NCBI GenBank assembly: GCA_963827235.1 | Contig: CAWHAE010000018.1 | Coordinates: 424,078-488,077, forward strand | DNA from: an uncultured bacterium | GTDB lineage: Bacteria > Chloroflexota > UBA5177 > JANWHV01 | Reading direction: 5' to 3' | Length of the DNA: 64,000 bases | Shown here: piece by piece, positions 37,954 to 48,297 of the stretch | Layout of the letters: the number at the start of each line of letters is the position of its first letter | Position numbering within the stretch: the first letter of the stretch is position 1 | The notes under the pieces: generated by a model | Seen by the model: the letters and a program-made list of their open reading frames with translations, nothing else | Databases searched by the model: none | What the model was told of the DNA's origin: nothing | Program-made: the position numbers and the translations under genes

Positions 37954-40125
37954 TCACGCACGGCGCCACGGCCGCAGGTGATGGGCCAGCCAGGATCGAC
38001 GAAGCCGCTTGAGTGCCGCCTGCGCGTCCTGCAGGTCGACGCTGCTGGCAGTTCGCCGCCCGTAGCACCAGGCTGCGTACAGTGCCGTGATGTGCGCCAC
38101 GTCCTCGTGCTCGGCGGCACGCCGCGCGGCATAGAGCCGTGCGAACTCTTCCGGCGTTTGCGATGGCTGCGGCCGGATCGCCAGCCAGCGTGCCGTGCGG
38201 CACATAGAGCGGTATATGCCCCTCGGCGTCTTCGCTTCACGTCGCATCAGCGCGGGCACCAGGCAGCAGATCGCCAGCAGTAGGCCGCCCAGTACTCCGA
38301 GCGCCGCCCAGGACTGCCTGCCCTCGGCGCCTCTGGCCTGCACGCTCCGCCGCGTGGCATGCGGAGCAGGCCTCGCCGCCGAACGCGGTCGCGCGCTGGT
38401 GCCGGCCCCGGCGGAGGTCGCGCCCTCGTCCGGCCGCGTCACGATGGTCGATTCGCCGGCGAACCCGGGCGTGGGCTCAAAGGGTACCCAGCCCGTCCCC
38501 GCAACGAACACCTCAGGCCACGTGTGCGCGTCGCCGCCCGAAACCTGCCAGATGCCGTTCTGCAGCCGGCCGCTGGCATATCCTCCCACCACGCGCGCCG
38601 GCAGGCCGGCAGCGCGTGCCAGCAGCGCCATGGCGGACGCGAAATGCACGCAGTAGCCGCGCCTGCTCTGAAAGAGAAAGTACGAGATTGGATCCTCACC
38701 GCTCGGCGCGGCGCCGGCGTTCGTGTCGTAGGTGAAGAGTCCGCTCTTCAAGTATGCTTCGATGCTCATCGCCGCGGCATAGGGTGACTTGGCAGAGCCG
38801 GTCAGGGCCAGGGCCAGCGCGACGATGCGCGGATCAACGCCTTGAGGGAGAGCGAGATAGCGCGGATCGGCCGGCAGCCCCCTGGCGCCGGGGTATGGAT
38901 GCACCGCGGGGACCTCGGCCGTCACCTCATAGGACGTGCCATCTGAGAGCGGAGTCTGGGCGTAGACGACCACCGGCTCGCTCCCCGAGCCCGCGGCGGC
39001 ATATTCGGTCCGCGTGGCAAGTGTGGCCATTACCGGCCGCCCGGGTGCGAACAACTCGTTGTCTCCCGGCTGAATCACGTGGATCCGGACCACGATCTGG
39101 CTACCGAGGTGGCGGGGCACGTCGGCAGGGATGGCGTCGCCGGCCCCCACCGGCAGGACGGCGTTACCATCCGCTTCCCACGTGCCGTCCCGAAATATGT
39201 CGTAGATCGTGCCGCGCCAGTACGGCGAAAGCCCCGGTGGCACGTTGCTCACCGTCATCACCAGGCCCGGGTACGGCCGGAATGGCCCGTTGAGGTTCAG
39301 CCGCGTGCCGAAGCCGGAAGAGACCGGCACAACATGCGTCCCGCGGTTCAGAACGTGCAGCGGATCGTCGAGCGCCGGGCCGACGGTCGACCACACCTGC
39401 TGGCCCCAGCGACTGAGCGAGGCGCTGCTCGGCGACGGAGCCGCCCAGGCAGCCGGCACGATCAGGGCCAAAGCCGCCAACCCGCCGAGCAGCGAAAGCG
39501 ACGTCGAGGCCCGAGGCTGCAGCGCCTCGTCCTGGCTTGCGGCGCACATGAGCCGCCCCGACCAGGTGTGCCACAAGACCTGAGCGAGCGCAACCAGCGA
39601 AAACGGCAGAAGCCATGCCTCGACGCCCGAGACCAGGTTCGCCGCCGCCAGCAGCGTGCCCGCTGCCATGACGATTGCGGACCACACGTAGCCCGCGCGC
39701 AGCGTGAGCCACAGCACGCCCCAGGTCAGCTCCCAGGTCAGCAGCGCCAGCAGCGACAACAGGAGCAGGTTGCCGTTCACTACGCCCAAGGTGACGGCCG
39801 CGTGGCCGAAGGGCAGATCGACGGATACCGGGCCGCTCGGCATCGAGGTGAGCGAGCGGCTCAAAGCTACCGGCGTGGTGACGAAGCGGATCGTCGCCGC
39901 CGCGCCCACCACCTGCACGGCCAGCCAGCAAATCCAGTCCGGGAGCGGAGAAAGTATCAGTGGGAGAGCGATCAGCGCGGCGATGGCGCTGAGCAACAGC
40001 AGTAGGTCCGCGCCTCTGAACAGGAAGAGGCCGGCTATTGCCGCGATTGTGAGCTCGATCAGGGCAAGGGCGAGCAGATAAGCGACGGTGTAGCGCAGCA
40101 GCTGCAGGGGATGGAGGCCGAACAT
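37954..40125 (-). CDS. Membrane transglutaminase-like protein (TgpA-type: TM region, TGase domain, DUF4129-like tail)
   Basis: YWRG..YD, FLFQSRRGYCVHFASAM (Cys), DAHTWPEV (His), GWVPFEPTPG, QTPEEFA. Confidence 0.92.
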   Translation of the reverse strand: MFGLHPLQLLRYTVAYLLALALIELTIAAIAGLFLFRGADLLLLLSAIAALIALPLILSPLPDWICWLAVQVVGAAATIRFVTTPVALSRSLTSMPSGPVSVDLPFGHAAVTLGVVNGNLLLLSLLALLTWELTWGVLWLTLRAGYVWSAIVMAAGTLLAAANLVSGVEAWLLPFSLVALAQVLWHTWSGRLMCAASQDEALQPRASTSLSLLGGLAALALIVPAAWAAPSPSSASLSRWGQQVWSTVGPALDDPLHVLNRGTHVVPVSSGFGTRLNLNGPFRPYPGLVMTVSNVPPGLSPYWRGTIYDIFRDGTWEADGNAVLPVGAGDAIPADVPRHLGSQIVVRIHVIQPGDNELFAPGRPVMATLATRTEYAAAGSGSEPVVVYAQTPLSDGTSYEVTAEVPAVHPYPGARGLPADPRYLALPQGVDPRIVALALALTGSAKSPYAAAMSIEAYLKSGLFTYDTNAGAAPSGEDPISYFLFQSRRGYCVHFASAMALLARAAGLPARVVGGYASGRLQNGIWQVSGGDAHTWPEVFVAGTGWVPFEPTPGFAGESTIVTRPDEGATSAGAGTSARPRSAARPAPHATRRSVQARGAEGRQSWAALGVLGGLLLAICCLVPALMRREAKTPRGIYRSMCRTARWLAIRPQPSQTPEEFARLYAARRAAEHEDVAHITALYAAWCYGRRTASSVDLQDAQAALKRLRRSWLAHHLRPWRRA

Positions 40126-40137
40126 GCGTGCAACCGG

Positions 40138-41311
40138 TCAGTACGCCCAGGCGGTGTGCCGGTAAGCAGCCACACCCTCCCGGCGTAACTGCTCGGCCTG
40201 GGCATCCAGAATCTCGCCACGGCCCGAGCCCGGCGTGTCGACCACCACGGCGATCACCGCGCTGCCGGTCTGCGCCAGTGCGGGCAGCGTATCGGTCCAG
40301 CGGGTATCGGCCCACGGCGTGAGCACGACGATCGTGCCGTACCGCAGACCTCGAGCATGGCGAAGTGTGTGCAATCCCTGCTCCACACTGCCCGTCCCGG
40401 CTCCCGCCGTGGCCAGGGCTTCCAGGACGCGGTGCACCTGCCCGCGCCGCGCGTCGGGCTTGACCACGGTCCCCGTGCCCACGACGAGCAGTCCCGTGGC
40501 AATTTGACCGGGCAGATGCATCCTCGCCAGATAGGCACCGGCGCCCACGATCAGCTCCACACTGTCGCCTTCATCCTGACCGTATTGCACGCCGGCCTGC
40601 AAGTCGAGCACCAGCCAGACGTGGGCCGCGGGCTCGCCCTCGGGCTCTTTGACCATGAGCGTATCCAGGCGCGCCGTGGAGAGCCAGTGGATGCGCGAAG
40701 GCAGATCGCCGGACCGGTAGGGCCGCACTTCGCGCACCGACGCCGCGGGCTGTGGACTGGGCAGGCCGCGCGGGCCGATGGCACGACCGGCATACGACAG
40801 AGCGTGCAGTCCGGGCAGAGGCGATCGGACGAGGATAAACGGTCACCGTGGACCTGCCCTGGCACGCACGAACGCGTTCGAAGAATCCGAACGGATCGCC
40901 GGTGTGCAGCTCGGCCCCGCCCGCCACCCACCGGCCGCGTTGCGGGCAGGGCATGGCGATCTCAAGACGGCGCTGGCCCCGCATGGGCACGGACACGAGC
41001 TGGCCCTCCACGGGCAGGTCCGAGAGGCCTTGCGGCCGGAGCAGCATCCAGGCAACCGGCCAGAGGCCGCGGTTGCGGATCGTGTAGGTGACCGGCAGCA
41101 GCTCTCCCGCGGTGACGCTGCTGCTCGCCGGTGTGCCTTCTGCACTGATCCCAAGCGCTGTCACCAGTGTGGCGATCAGGCACACCGCCAGCAAGGCGAG
41201 AAGCACGACGCCGATTCGTTCCAGAAGCCGCCAGCCCGACAGGATGCCGCCTGCGAGCACGACTGCGCTGAGCAGAGCCGGCCACGACCATCGGCTACCC
41301 AGCGAGATCAT
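40138..41311 (-). CDS. DUF58-domain protein, frameshifted at about 40820
   Basis: ATG 41311 overlaps the upstream TGA; RGRW, DPFGFF, VTVYPR, then VREVRPYRSGDLPSRIHWLSTAR..LMVKE in another frame. Removing one C restores PIALPGLHALSY. Confidence 0.87.
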
Positions 41312-42261
41312 CGCCGCCAGGCCACTTCGGCAACGTTGCCCAGCTTTCCCCGCGTGATGTTCTGCTTGTGCGTTCCGTCGTACCGCATGATCCAGAGATC
41401 GTGCTGCCTGCCCGCCGGTCCTTCCGCGCCCGACCCCACGCTCAGCGCGATGCTCTTGCCGTCCGCACTCCAGCTCGGCGATCCTACCTCGTACGGCAGA
41501 TCCCGCGTCAGATACGTGAGATACCGGCCGTCGGCGTGCATCAACACGATGACGTTCGCCGCGGCTTCCTCGCCCGCGGCAGGCACGAGCGTGGCCACCA
41601 TGTGGCTGCCGTCCGGCGAATAGCGTGCGTCGATGAAGCTCCCTGCCGCGGGCGCGTCGCCGCCCAGGGGTTGCGCCTGCCCACCGGTCGGGCCGGCGGT
41701 CCACAACGCGCCGGCCACCGTGTACAGGGCGCGCGTACCGCCGCGATTCCAGTCCAGGAAGATATGCTTGCCGGGCCCGCCGAGCAGGCGACCGACGACC
41801 TTGCCGTCTACGCCGACCACATAGACCGTGTAGCTGCCGCAGCAGCCCGCTGTGACGGCAATCGACCGGCCGTCGGGTGCATACCGAGGATCGATCAGCG
41901 TGCCCGCACTGCCCTGCGTGACGGCGAACAGCTGCCGGGGCTGTGTGCCGTCCGCGTTCATCTGCCAGAGGGAACGGCCGTCGACCACGTAGGCGATGTG
42001 CCGCCCGTCCGGAGCGATCGCCGGGTAGGTCAGCGCGCCCGGCCCGGCCCGCTGCAGTAGTCGCGTGGCCATGCCGGCCGGCGTAGAGCGCCAGAGCGTG
42101 CTCTGGCCCGCGGTGGTGAAGCCGGCGGGCGAGGACGTCACCAGGATCAGGAAATCGGGCGGCGTGGCCGCCCCTACCGTGGAGCGCGAGCCCTCGAGTG
42201 CCGCGCACAAGAGCAGGCAGACGACAAGGATGCGCAAGAGGGCCGGCAGGCTCGTCCTCAT
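41308..42261 (-). CDS. Secreted TolB-like (PD40/WD40-like) beta-propeller protein
   Basis: Signal peptide; repeats PAIAPDGRHIAY, PRYAPDGRSIAV, ARYSPDGSHMV, PSWSADGKSIAL; ATGA overlaps at both ends. Confidence 0.85.
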   Translation of the reverse strand: MRTSLPALLRILVVCLLLCAALEGSRSTVGAATPPDFLILVTSSPAGFTTAGQSTLWRSTPAGMATRLLQRAGPGALTYPAIAPDGRHIAYVVDGRSLWQMNADGTQPRQLFAVTQGSAGTLIDPRYAPDGRSIAVTAGCCGSYTVYVVGVDGKVVGRLLGGPGKHIFLDWNRGGTRALYTVAGALWTAGPTGGQAQPLGGDAPAAGSFIDARYSPDGSHMVATLVPAAGEEAAANVIVLMHADGRYLTYLTRDLPYEVGSPSWSADGKSIALSVGSGAEGPAGRQHDLWIMRYDGTHKQNITRGKLGNVAEVAWRR

Positions 42262-43136
42262 CGCGCACCGTCCGTGCACGTCTCCACCGGAACGGCGTCG
42301 GCGCTATCCGGCGAGAGGCGGGGCCGCTCGGCAAGCGCCAGGATGTGCGTAGCAGCGCCCAGGATATCCGGATCGCCGGCCAGATCGTAGAGGAGGTCGG
42401 CCCACGCCTGCCACTCGTCGCCTTGCAACGCCGCCACGCGATCGTCGAGCCCGTCGAGAATGCTTTCCACCGCCAGCAGCCGCACTGACTGGAACCCGGC
42501 GTGGACAAGAAGCGGCGCGATCTCCGCCGGCCGGGCGTGGTAACCCTGCACCACCTCCTCGTCGCGCGGCGGCCCGGGCAGCACCCCGCGCTCCAGCAAG
42601 GATTCGTAGCGAGCGGGAAAGCGGACCAGCAGCCGCGGATCGCTGCGCGCAAGCTGCCGCAACGGACCGTACCTGGTGAGAAATGAGACCGCCAGCGCCC
42701 CGCCCGGAACGAGAACGCGGAATGCCTCGCGCAGGGCCTGCTTCCGGTCGCCTTCGTCCGGCAGATGGTGCAGCGGCCCGAGCAGCAGTACGACGTCGAA
42801 GACGGCGCAATCGAAGCATGAGAGATCGGTAGCCGATGCCTCGAGGACTGCCGCCAGACCGACCTTGCGTTCGGCCGCGTGCGCCCGCGCGCGCTCCAGC
42901 AGGCGAGGCGAGATGTCCACCAGGGTCACGGCGTGGCCCGCTGCAGCAAGAGCGACGGCGTACCGGCCCGGACCGCCGCCCAGGTCGAGAACGCGCGCGT
43001 GCTCGGGCAGGATTTCGCGCAGGGCTCGAAGGGTTACGGCGTACTCCACGCGATGGCGTACCAGGCGGTACCATTCACGCTCTGCCTGGCGCTCGTAGTG
43101 AGCGCGCACTTGCTCGACCGTCTGCGACATCGTCAT
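42258..43136 (-). CDS. Class I SAM-dependent methyltransferase
   Basis: VLDLGGGPGRYA, LVDISP, FDVVLLLGPLHHL, RVLVPGG. Only the last ~292 aa of ORF 42258-44744 are real. Confidence 0.92.
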   Translation of the reverse strand: MTMSQTVEQVRAHYERQAEREWYRLVRHRVEYAVTLRALREILPEHARVLDLGGGPGRYAVALAAAGHAVTLVDISPRLLERARAHAAERKVGLAAVLEASATDLSCFDCAVFDVVLLLGPLHHLPDEGDRKQALREAFRVLVPGGALAVSFLTRYGPLRQLARSDPRLLVRFPARYESLLERGVLPGPPRDEEVVQGYHARPAEIAPLLVHAGFQSVRLLAVESILDGLDDRVAALQGDEWQAWADLLYDLAGDPDILGAATHILALAERPRLSPDSADAVPVETCTDGAR

Positions 43137-43376
43137 CCCGTGGGGCGACTCTGCCAGCTGCCCGGCAGCCCGGCGCCTGCCCTCGACTGAGACAAGGGTA
43201 ACAGACATCAGGAAACCGGCCGACTGACGGAGAGCACACACAGCGTCAAGAAAGCACACCTGCGCACACTGCACGATCCGATCGGAAAGAAAAGAATGCA
43301 CATATCGTAGGTGCGTTATGGCAGACCACCATGTATCATGGCCACGTAAGGTAAGGTGAGGGACCGGTAGTTTCGC

Positions 43377-44798
43377 ATGCGCTTTGACGTCGATCGCACC
43401 CTGAAGACACTTCTCGTGATCATCATGGCCGCCGTGATCGGCTATGTATGCTGGCAAGTCGTCTTGCGCGTCGTCTACCCGTTGATGCTCTTCCTGATGG
43501 GCGCGATCGTCGCCTTCATTCTCAGCCCGGCCGTGAAGCGTCTGCATCAAGCAGGCATCCCCAAGCCGCTGGCCATTCTCATGGTGTACATCGCCGTGCT
43601 GGCTGGCCTGTCGATTGTCGGCTACTTCCTGTTCACGCCGCTCATCGATCAAATCAAGACGCTGACCAACAACGTGCCCAAGCAGCTCGACCAGATGCAG
43701 CCCCAGGTCAACAAACTGCTCAACGCGCTGGACAAATGGCTGCAAAAGGAGAAGCTGGGCAGCCTCGACAAGATAAAGGCGCAAGCGTCCGCCTACGTCA
43801 CCAGCTTCGGATCGGATGTCGTCAACAATCTGACCACGCTGGTCCAGGCGTCGTTCAACTTCCTGGTCAACCTCGTGCTCACGCTGGTCATCGCGTTCTA
43901 TTTGCTCCTCGACGGCGAACAGCTCAAGGAACGGATATACCAGCTCATCCCTGACAGCCAGCTGAGCCGGGTCGTGTTCGTCGATGCCACGATCAATGAG
44001 GTGCTCGGCGGCTACCTGAGGGGCCAGCTCCTGATGGGCCTGACCATCGGCACCATGGCCGGAGTGGGTACCGCCATCCTGGGCGTGCAGTACCCGGTGC
44101 TGATCGGCGTGCTCGCGGCGATCCTGGAGCTGGTGCCGATGCTTGGCCCCTGGCTGTCTTCCATGCCTGCCGTGGCCATTGCCGCCGTCTCGGGTAATCC
44201 GTGGCCCCTCACGCTGTGGGTCGCTCTCTTCTTCCTTCTGATCCAGCAGCTCGAATCCAACGTGATCGGTCCCCGCATTACCGGACATGCCGTGGGACTG
44301 CACCCCCTTGGCGCCCTGATGGCGTTGCTCGTGGGCATCGAGCTCGACGGTATCATTGGCGCTCTGTTCGCGGTGCCGGTCGCCGGTATGCTCTACGTGA
44401 TCGCCATGGCGGTGTACTTCAACCTCACCGGCCGCCCCCAGCCCATACCGGTGCGCAAGCCGACGAGCTCGCCCTGGCTCGTCGAGCTCGTGCAGAATCT
44501 CGGCAGCAACGTGCTGCGCAGGCAGCCCGACCGCTTGCCGGCTGACGCGCACGCCTCCAGGATCGCGGATTCCCGCCTGCGCAGGTGGGCCCTGGGAGAC
44601 GTGCCCGACCGCCTCGCGAACGTGGAACAAGCGCGTGACGCTCTGCTGCGGCCTATCCTCCACCAGCGTCAGATGGCACAGAGCGAGATCGAGACAGAAG
44701 ACGGCACGCATGCCGGATCCGAGGCCGGTCTGTCGGCGGCTCACAGCGAAGAGGAGGATTCCGAGCGCCTGCCGCAGGCAAGCGGATCGCCGCGCTAG
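43377..44798 (+). CDS. AI-2E family transporter
   Basis: AFILSPAVKRL, FYLLLDG, GGYLRGQL, LVPMLGP, QQLESNVIGPRITGHAVGLHP. Confidence 0.93.
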   Translation: MRFDVDRTLKTLLVIIMAAVIGYVCWQVVLRVVYPLMLFLMGAIVAFILSPAVKRLHQAGIPKPLAILMVYIAVLAGLSIVGYFLFTPLIDQIKTLTNNVPKQLDQMQPQVNKLLNALDKWLQKEKLGSLDKIKAQASAYVTSFGSDVVNNLTTLVQASFNFLVNLVLTLVIAFYLLLDGEQLKERIYQLIPDSQLSRVVFVDATINEVLGGYLRGQLLMGLTIGTMAGVGTAILGVQYPVLIGVLAAILELVPMLGPWLSSMPAVAIAAVSGNPWPLTLWVALFFLLIQQLESNVIGPRITGHAVGLHPLGALMALLVGIELDGIIGALFAVPVAGMLYVIAMAVYFNLTGRPQPIPVRKPTSSPWLVELVQNLGSNVLRRQPDRLPADAHASRIADSRLRRWALGDVPDRLANVEQARDALLRPILHQRQMAQSEIETEDGTHAGSEAGLSAAHSEEEDSERLPQASGSPR

Positions 44799-45047
44799 CT
44801 ATCTTCCGCGCAGTGCGGGGATTCGCGCCGGCATGCCGTGCGGCAGTTGCTGCGTCTGCCGGTTGGCCGGGACGGTCGCCAAGTGGGTGGGCAGAGTCCG
44901 CGGCGACTGCACGCGGTAAAGCCGTCGTCTCGCTCCACCTGGGCCTGGCCGCCGGACGCAACGTCGAGAGAGCGCGCGCGAACTCTGCCGGTGACGGCCG
45001 GTAGTGTCGCCGGACGCAGCAAGTGGGAAGTGTGGGGGGCATTGGCC

Positions 45048-48000
45048 GTGAATGGGCGCAGACGACAGCCCAACCGGGGGACCCTATCGGCTCCGAGCGA
45101 TGTGGACGGGCATCACGGCCGGGCCGGCCGGGCGAAACGACAAGGCGACACGCGGTTCCGCGTCCTGTACCGGCATGCTCCGGTTGGCATGGCACTGGTA
45201 AACGCAGCAGGGCGCTTTCTCGTGGCCAATGGCTGTCTGCAGCGCACTCTGGGCTACGACGAAGCTGAGCTGCGCCGCATGACGATTGCCGAGTGTGTGC
45301 ACGCGGACGATGTTGAAGCCGGTCTGTGTCTGCTCCGGGAGGTGCTTACCGGCGCGCGTGACACCCGTGCGCTGGACCTGCGCTGCTTCCGCAAGGATGG
45401 CTCTGTCGTTTGGTGCCGGCTTGGCCTCGCCATGGCCGGCAGCAGTACTGGGACCCGGCGGATCGTCGTGACGCTGTTCGACGTGACCACCTACCGTGGG
45501 GCAAGTCACGGCCTGCGCCGCGGTGAGGAATACTACAGGCGGATCGTGGATACCACCCAGGAGGGAGTCTGGCAGCTCGACGCCGCGGGGCGCACCACGT
45601 TTGCAAACGCACGGATGGCCGAGATGCTCGGCTACAGCCGGGAGGAGCTGGTGGGGCGGTTTCCCTGGCAGTTCGTGCCGGAAAGCGATCGGCCTGCCGC
45701 GTATGCCCGGCAAGCGCTGCGCGAGAAGGGCCTGCCCGACGCCTCGGAAGTTCGCTACCTGCGCAAGGACGGCAGCACGCTCTGGGCGCAGCTACAGTCA
45801 TTTCCTCTGCTGGATGACCACGGCATCCGTACCGGTACCGTCGGCATGCTGGCAGACATCACCAAGCAGCGCACATATGAGGAGGAGCGGGCCAGATTGG
45901 CGGCCATCGTCGACTCGGTTCCGAACGCCATCCTCGGATTGTCCGTGACCGGCCAGATTGAGACCTGGAACGAGGGTGCCTCGCGGCTCTACGGCTACAG
46001 CGCGAAGGAGGCCGTGGGCCGGCACGTCTCCATGCTGGTGCCGCGAGGCAGGGAGGCCGAGGTCACCGCCATACTCGCCAACGTCCTGGCTGGCCGGACT
46101 GTCTCCCAGATGGAGACCGTGCGACGTCACAAGGACGGGCGCGAGCTCGACGTGCTGACCACCATCGCCCCGATCCGCGACAGCCACGACGCCGTCGTCG
46201 GGATCGCCTCCATCGCGCAGGACATCAGTCACCGCAAGCAGGCTGAAGCGGCGCTGCGTGAGAGCGAGCGACGCTATCGCCTGCTGTTCGAGAACATGAC
46301 CGCGGCCTTCGCCCTCCATCAAATGATCTATGACGATCGGGGACGCCCGGTCGACTACCGCTACCTTGAGGTCAACCCGGCTTTCGAGCGACTGACGGGG
46401 GTGCCGTCCTCCCGCCTGCTGGGAAGGACGGTGCTGGAAGAAATGCCGGGCACCGAGCAGTACTGGATCGACTTCTTCGGCAGCGTAGCGCTGAGCGGCG
46501 AGCCGCTCTCCTGCGAGAACTATGCGCGGGAGCTGGGCAGGTACTACGACGTGTTCGCGTTTTCGCCGGTGAAAGACCAGTTTGCCGCGGTGTTCACCGA
46601 CGTCACGGAGCGCAGGCGTGCCGAGGAAGCCCTGCGCCGGAGCGAGCAGGACTTCCGCCTGCTTGCTGAGAATTCCACGGACATGATCTCGCGCCACGCG
46701 CCCGACAGCGCCTACCGTTATGCCTCGCCGGCCTGCCGGCCCTTGCTCGGTTACGAGCCTGCCGAGCTGGTGGGCCGGCAGCCCTGCTCGTTCGTGCATG
46801 CCGACGATCGCGACCTCGTCGAGCAATCCCGTCTCAAGGTGATCGGACAGCCCGTGACCGACGTCGTCGCCTATCGCTGTCGCCGGAAAGATGGCAGCTA
46901 CGTCTGGCTGGAGTCTACGAGCCGTGCCGTTCGCGACGAGCAGACCGGCGCGGTGCTGGAGATTCAGGTCGCCTCCCGCGACATCACCGAGCGAAAGCTG
47001 GCCGAGGACGCGCTCCGCGAGGTGGCCCGCGAACGCGCCGAGCGGGCGAAGGTTGCCGAAGCGCTATCGGAAGCCAGCGCCGTGCTTGCCACCGCGTGGG
47101 AGCCCGCCCGCCTGTACGAGGTGATCCTGCAGCAGATGGGCCGGGTCCTGGCGTTCGACAGCGCGCACATCCTTGTCTATGAGGATGGCTGGGCTGTAGC
47201 TGCCGGGGCGAGCGGATCTCCCAGTCTCCCGCTGGGAGCGCGGATCGCTCGGCAGGACGGAGCGGAGGGCTTGTTCCCGATGGTCGAGAGCCAGGCTCGG
47301 CTCATCGGAGAGACACGAGATGCGGCCGGTTGGCGGAACATCCCGCCCTGGGTCGGAGAACACGAGTTGCGGAGCACGATCGTCCTGCCGCTGGTGGTGC
47401 ACGGCGAGACCTATGGTTGCCTGCACGTGGGAAGCGTCGCACCCGGCGCCTACGCTGCGCAGCACTTCCAGGTCGCACGGGCCTTCGCCGAGCGCATCGG
47501 GCAGGCACTGTGGAATGCACGCCTGTTTCAGCTCGAGCAGGAACGCGCTCTTGCCGCCGAGCACCTGGCAGCGCTGCGTAGCGACTTCGTTGCTACCGTC
47601 AGTCACGAGTTGCGCACGCCGCTCACCGCCGTGCTCGGATACGCGGAAGTACTCGAAGGCCGGTGGTCGCAGTTCGGCGAGGCGGCGCGAAGGCAGACGG
47701 TGCAACGCATCGTGCTGGCGGCAAATCGCCAAAAGCGTCTGATCGACGACTTGCTGCAGGTGAGCACTATCGAGGCCGAGAAGCTCCCGGTGCGGAGCCA
47801 GGAAATCCGAGTCGACGATATCGTCGCACGCGCGAGCGACAGCGTGCACGCCAGCTATGCCAATCAGTCAATCCACGCCGAAGGCCCGCCGGAGCTGGTG
47901 GCGGTGGCGGACGCCTCGTACGTGGAACAGGTGCTGGTCAACTTGCTCGACAATGCTGCCAAGTATTCCGAGGAGGGCAGCATCATCGAGGTGCGCTGGG

Positions 48001-48254
48001 CACAGGAAGACGCCGTGGCCGCGATCCACGTGCGTGATCATGGCACGGGTATTCCCCCGGCAGGGCAGAATGCGTTGTTCTCGCGGTTCGGGCGCGTGCC
48101 GGGCAGCCGCATACGAGCCGGCAGGGTGGGTACAGGGCTCGGCCTGTACCTCGGCCGCCGGTACGCCGAAGCCATGGGCGGCACGCTCGACCTGGAGTCC
48201 ACGGGCGGCGACGGCAGCACGTTCTGCCTGCGATTGCCCCTCCGGCACCCTTAG
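45048..48254 (+). CDS. Cytoplasmic sensor histidine kinase (5 PAS/PAC + GAF + HisKA + HATPase)
   Basis: Five PAS repeats ending D(V/I)(T/S); GAF with IVLPL; SHELRTPL, QVLVNLLDNAAKYS, DHGTGI, GTGLGL. Start GTG 45048 inferred. Confidence 0.93.
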   Translation: MNGRRRQPNRGTLSAPSDVDGHHGRAGRAKRQGDTRFRVLYRHAPVGMALVNAAGRFLVANGCLQRTLGYDEAELRRMTIAECVHADDVEAGLCLLREVLTGARDTRALDLRCFRKDGSVVWCRLGLAMAGSSTGTRRIVVTLFDVTTYRGASHGLRRGEEYYRRIVDTTQEGVWQLDAAGRTTFANARMAEMLGYSREELVGRFPWQFVPESDRPAAYARQALREKGLPDASEVRYLRKDGSTLWAQLQSFPLLDDHGIRTGTVGMLADITKQRTYEEERARLAAIVDSVPNAILGLSVTGQIETWNEGASRLYGYSAKEAVGRHVSMLVPRGREAEVTAILANVLAGRTVSQMETVRRHKDGRELDVLTTIAPIRDSHDAVVGIASIAQDISHRKQAEAALRESERRYRLLFENMTAAFALHQMIYDDRGRPVDYRYLEVNPAFERLTGVPSSRLLGRTVLEEMPGTEQYWIDFFGSVALSGEPLSCENYARELGRYYDVFAFSPVKDQFAAVFTDVTERRRAEEALRRSEQDFRLLAENSTDMISRHAPDSAYRYASPACRPLLGYEPAELVGRQPCSFVHADDRDLVEQSRLKVIGQPVTDVVAYRCRRKDGSYVWLESTSRAVRDEQTGAVLEIQVASRDITERKLAEDALREVARERAERAKVAEALSEASAVLATAWEPARLYEVILQQMGRVLAFDSAHILVYEDGWAVAAGASGSPSLPLGARIARQDGAEGLFPMVESQARLIGETRDAAGWRNIPPWVGEHELRSTIVLPLVVHGETYGCLHVGSVAPGAYAAQHFQVARAFAERIGQALWNARLFQLEQERALAAEHLAALRSDFVATVSHELRTPLTAVLGYAEVLEGRWSQFGEAARRQTVQRIVLAANRQKRLIDDLLQVSTIEAEKLPVRSQEIRVDDIVARASDSVHASYANQSIHAEGPPELVAVADASYVEQVLVNLLDNAAKYSEEGSIIEVRWAQEDAVAAIHVRDHGTGIPPAGQNALFSRFGRVPGSRIRAGRVGTGLGLYLGRRYAEAMGGTLDLESTGGDGSTFCLRLPLRHP

Positions 48255-48297
48255 GCGCGCAGTGCGACGCTCGGGGGCATAGCGGCGAAGGCCGGCT

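Noticed and set aside
40571-42652. 693-aa minus-strand ORF as a fusion protein
   Set aside because: An off-frame read across the methyltransferase and propeller genes that enters the DUF58 frame at 41311.
43137-44744. N-terminal 536 aa of the 828-aa minus-strand ORF
   Set aside because: Antisense shadow of the AI-2E gene; only 42258-43136 has methyltransferase motifs.
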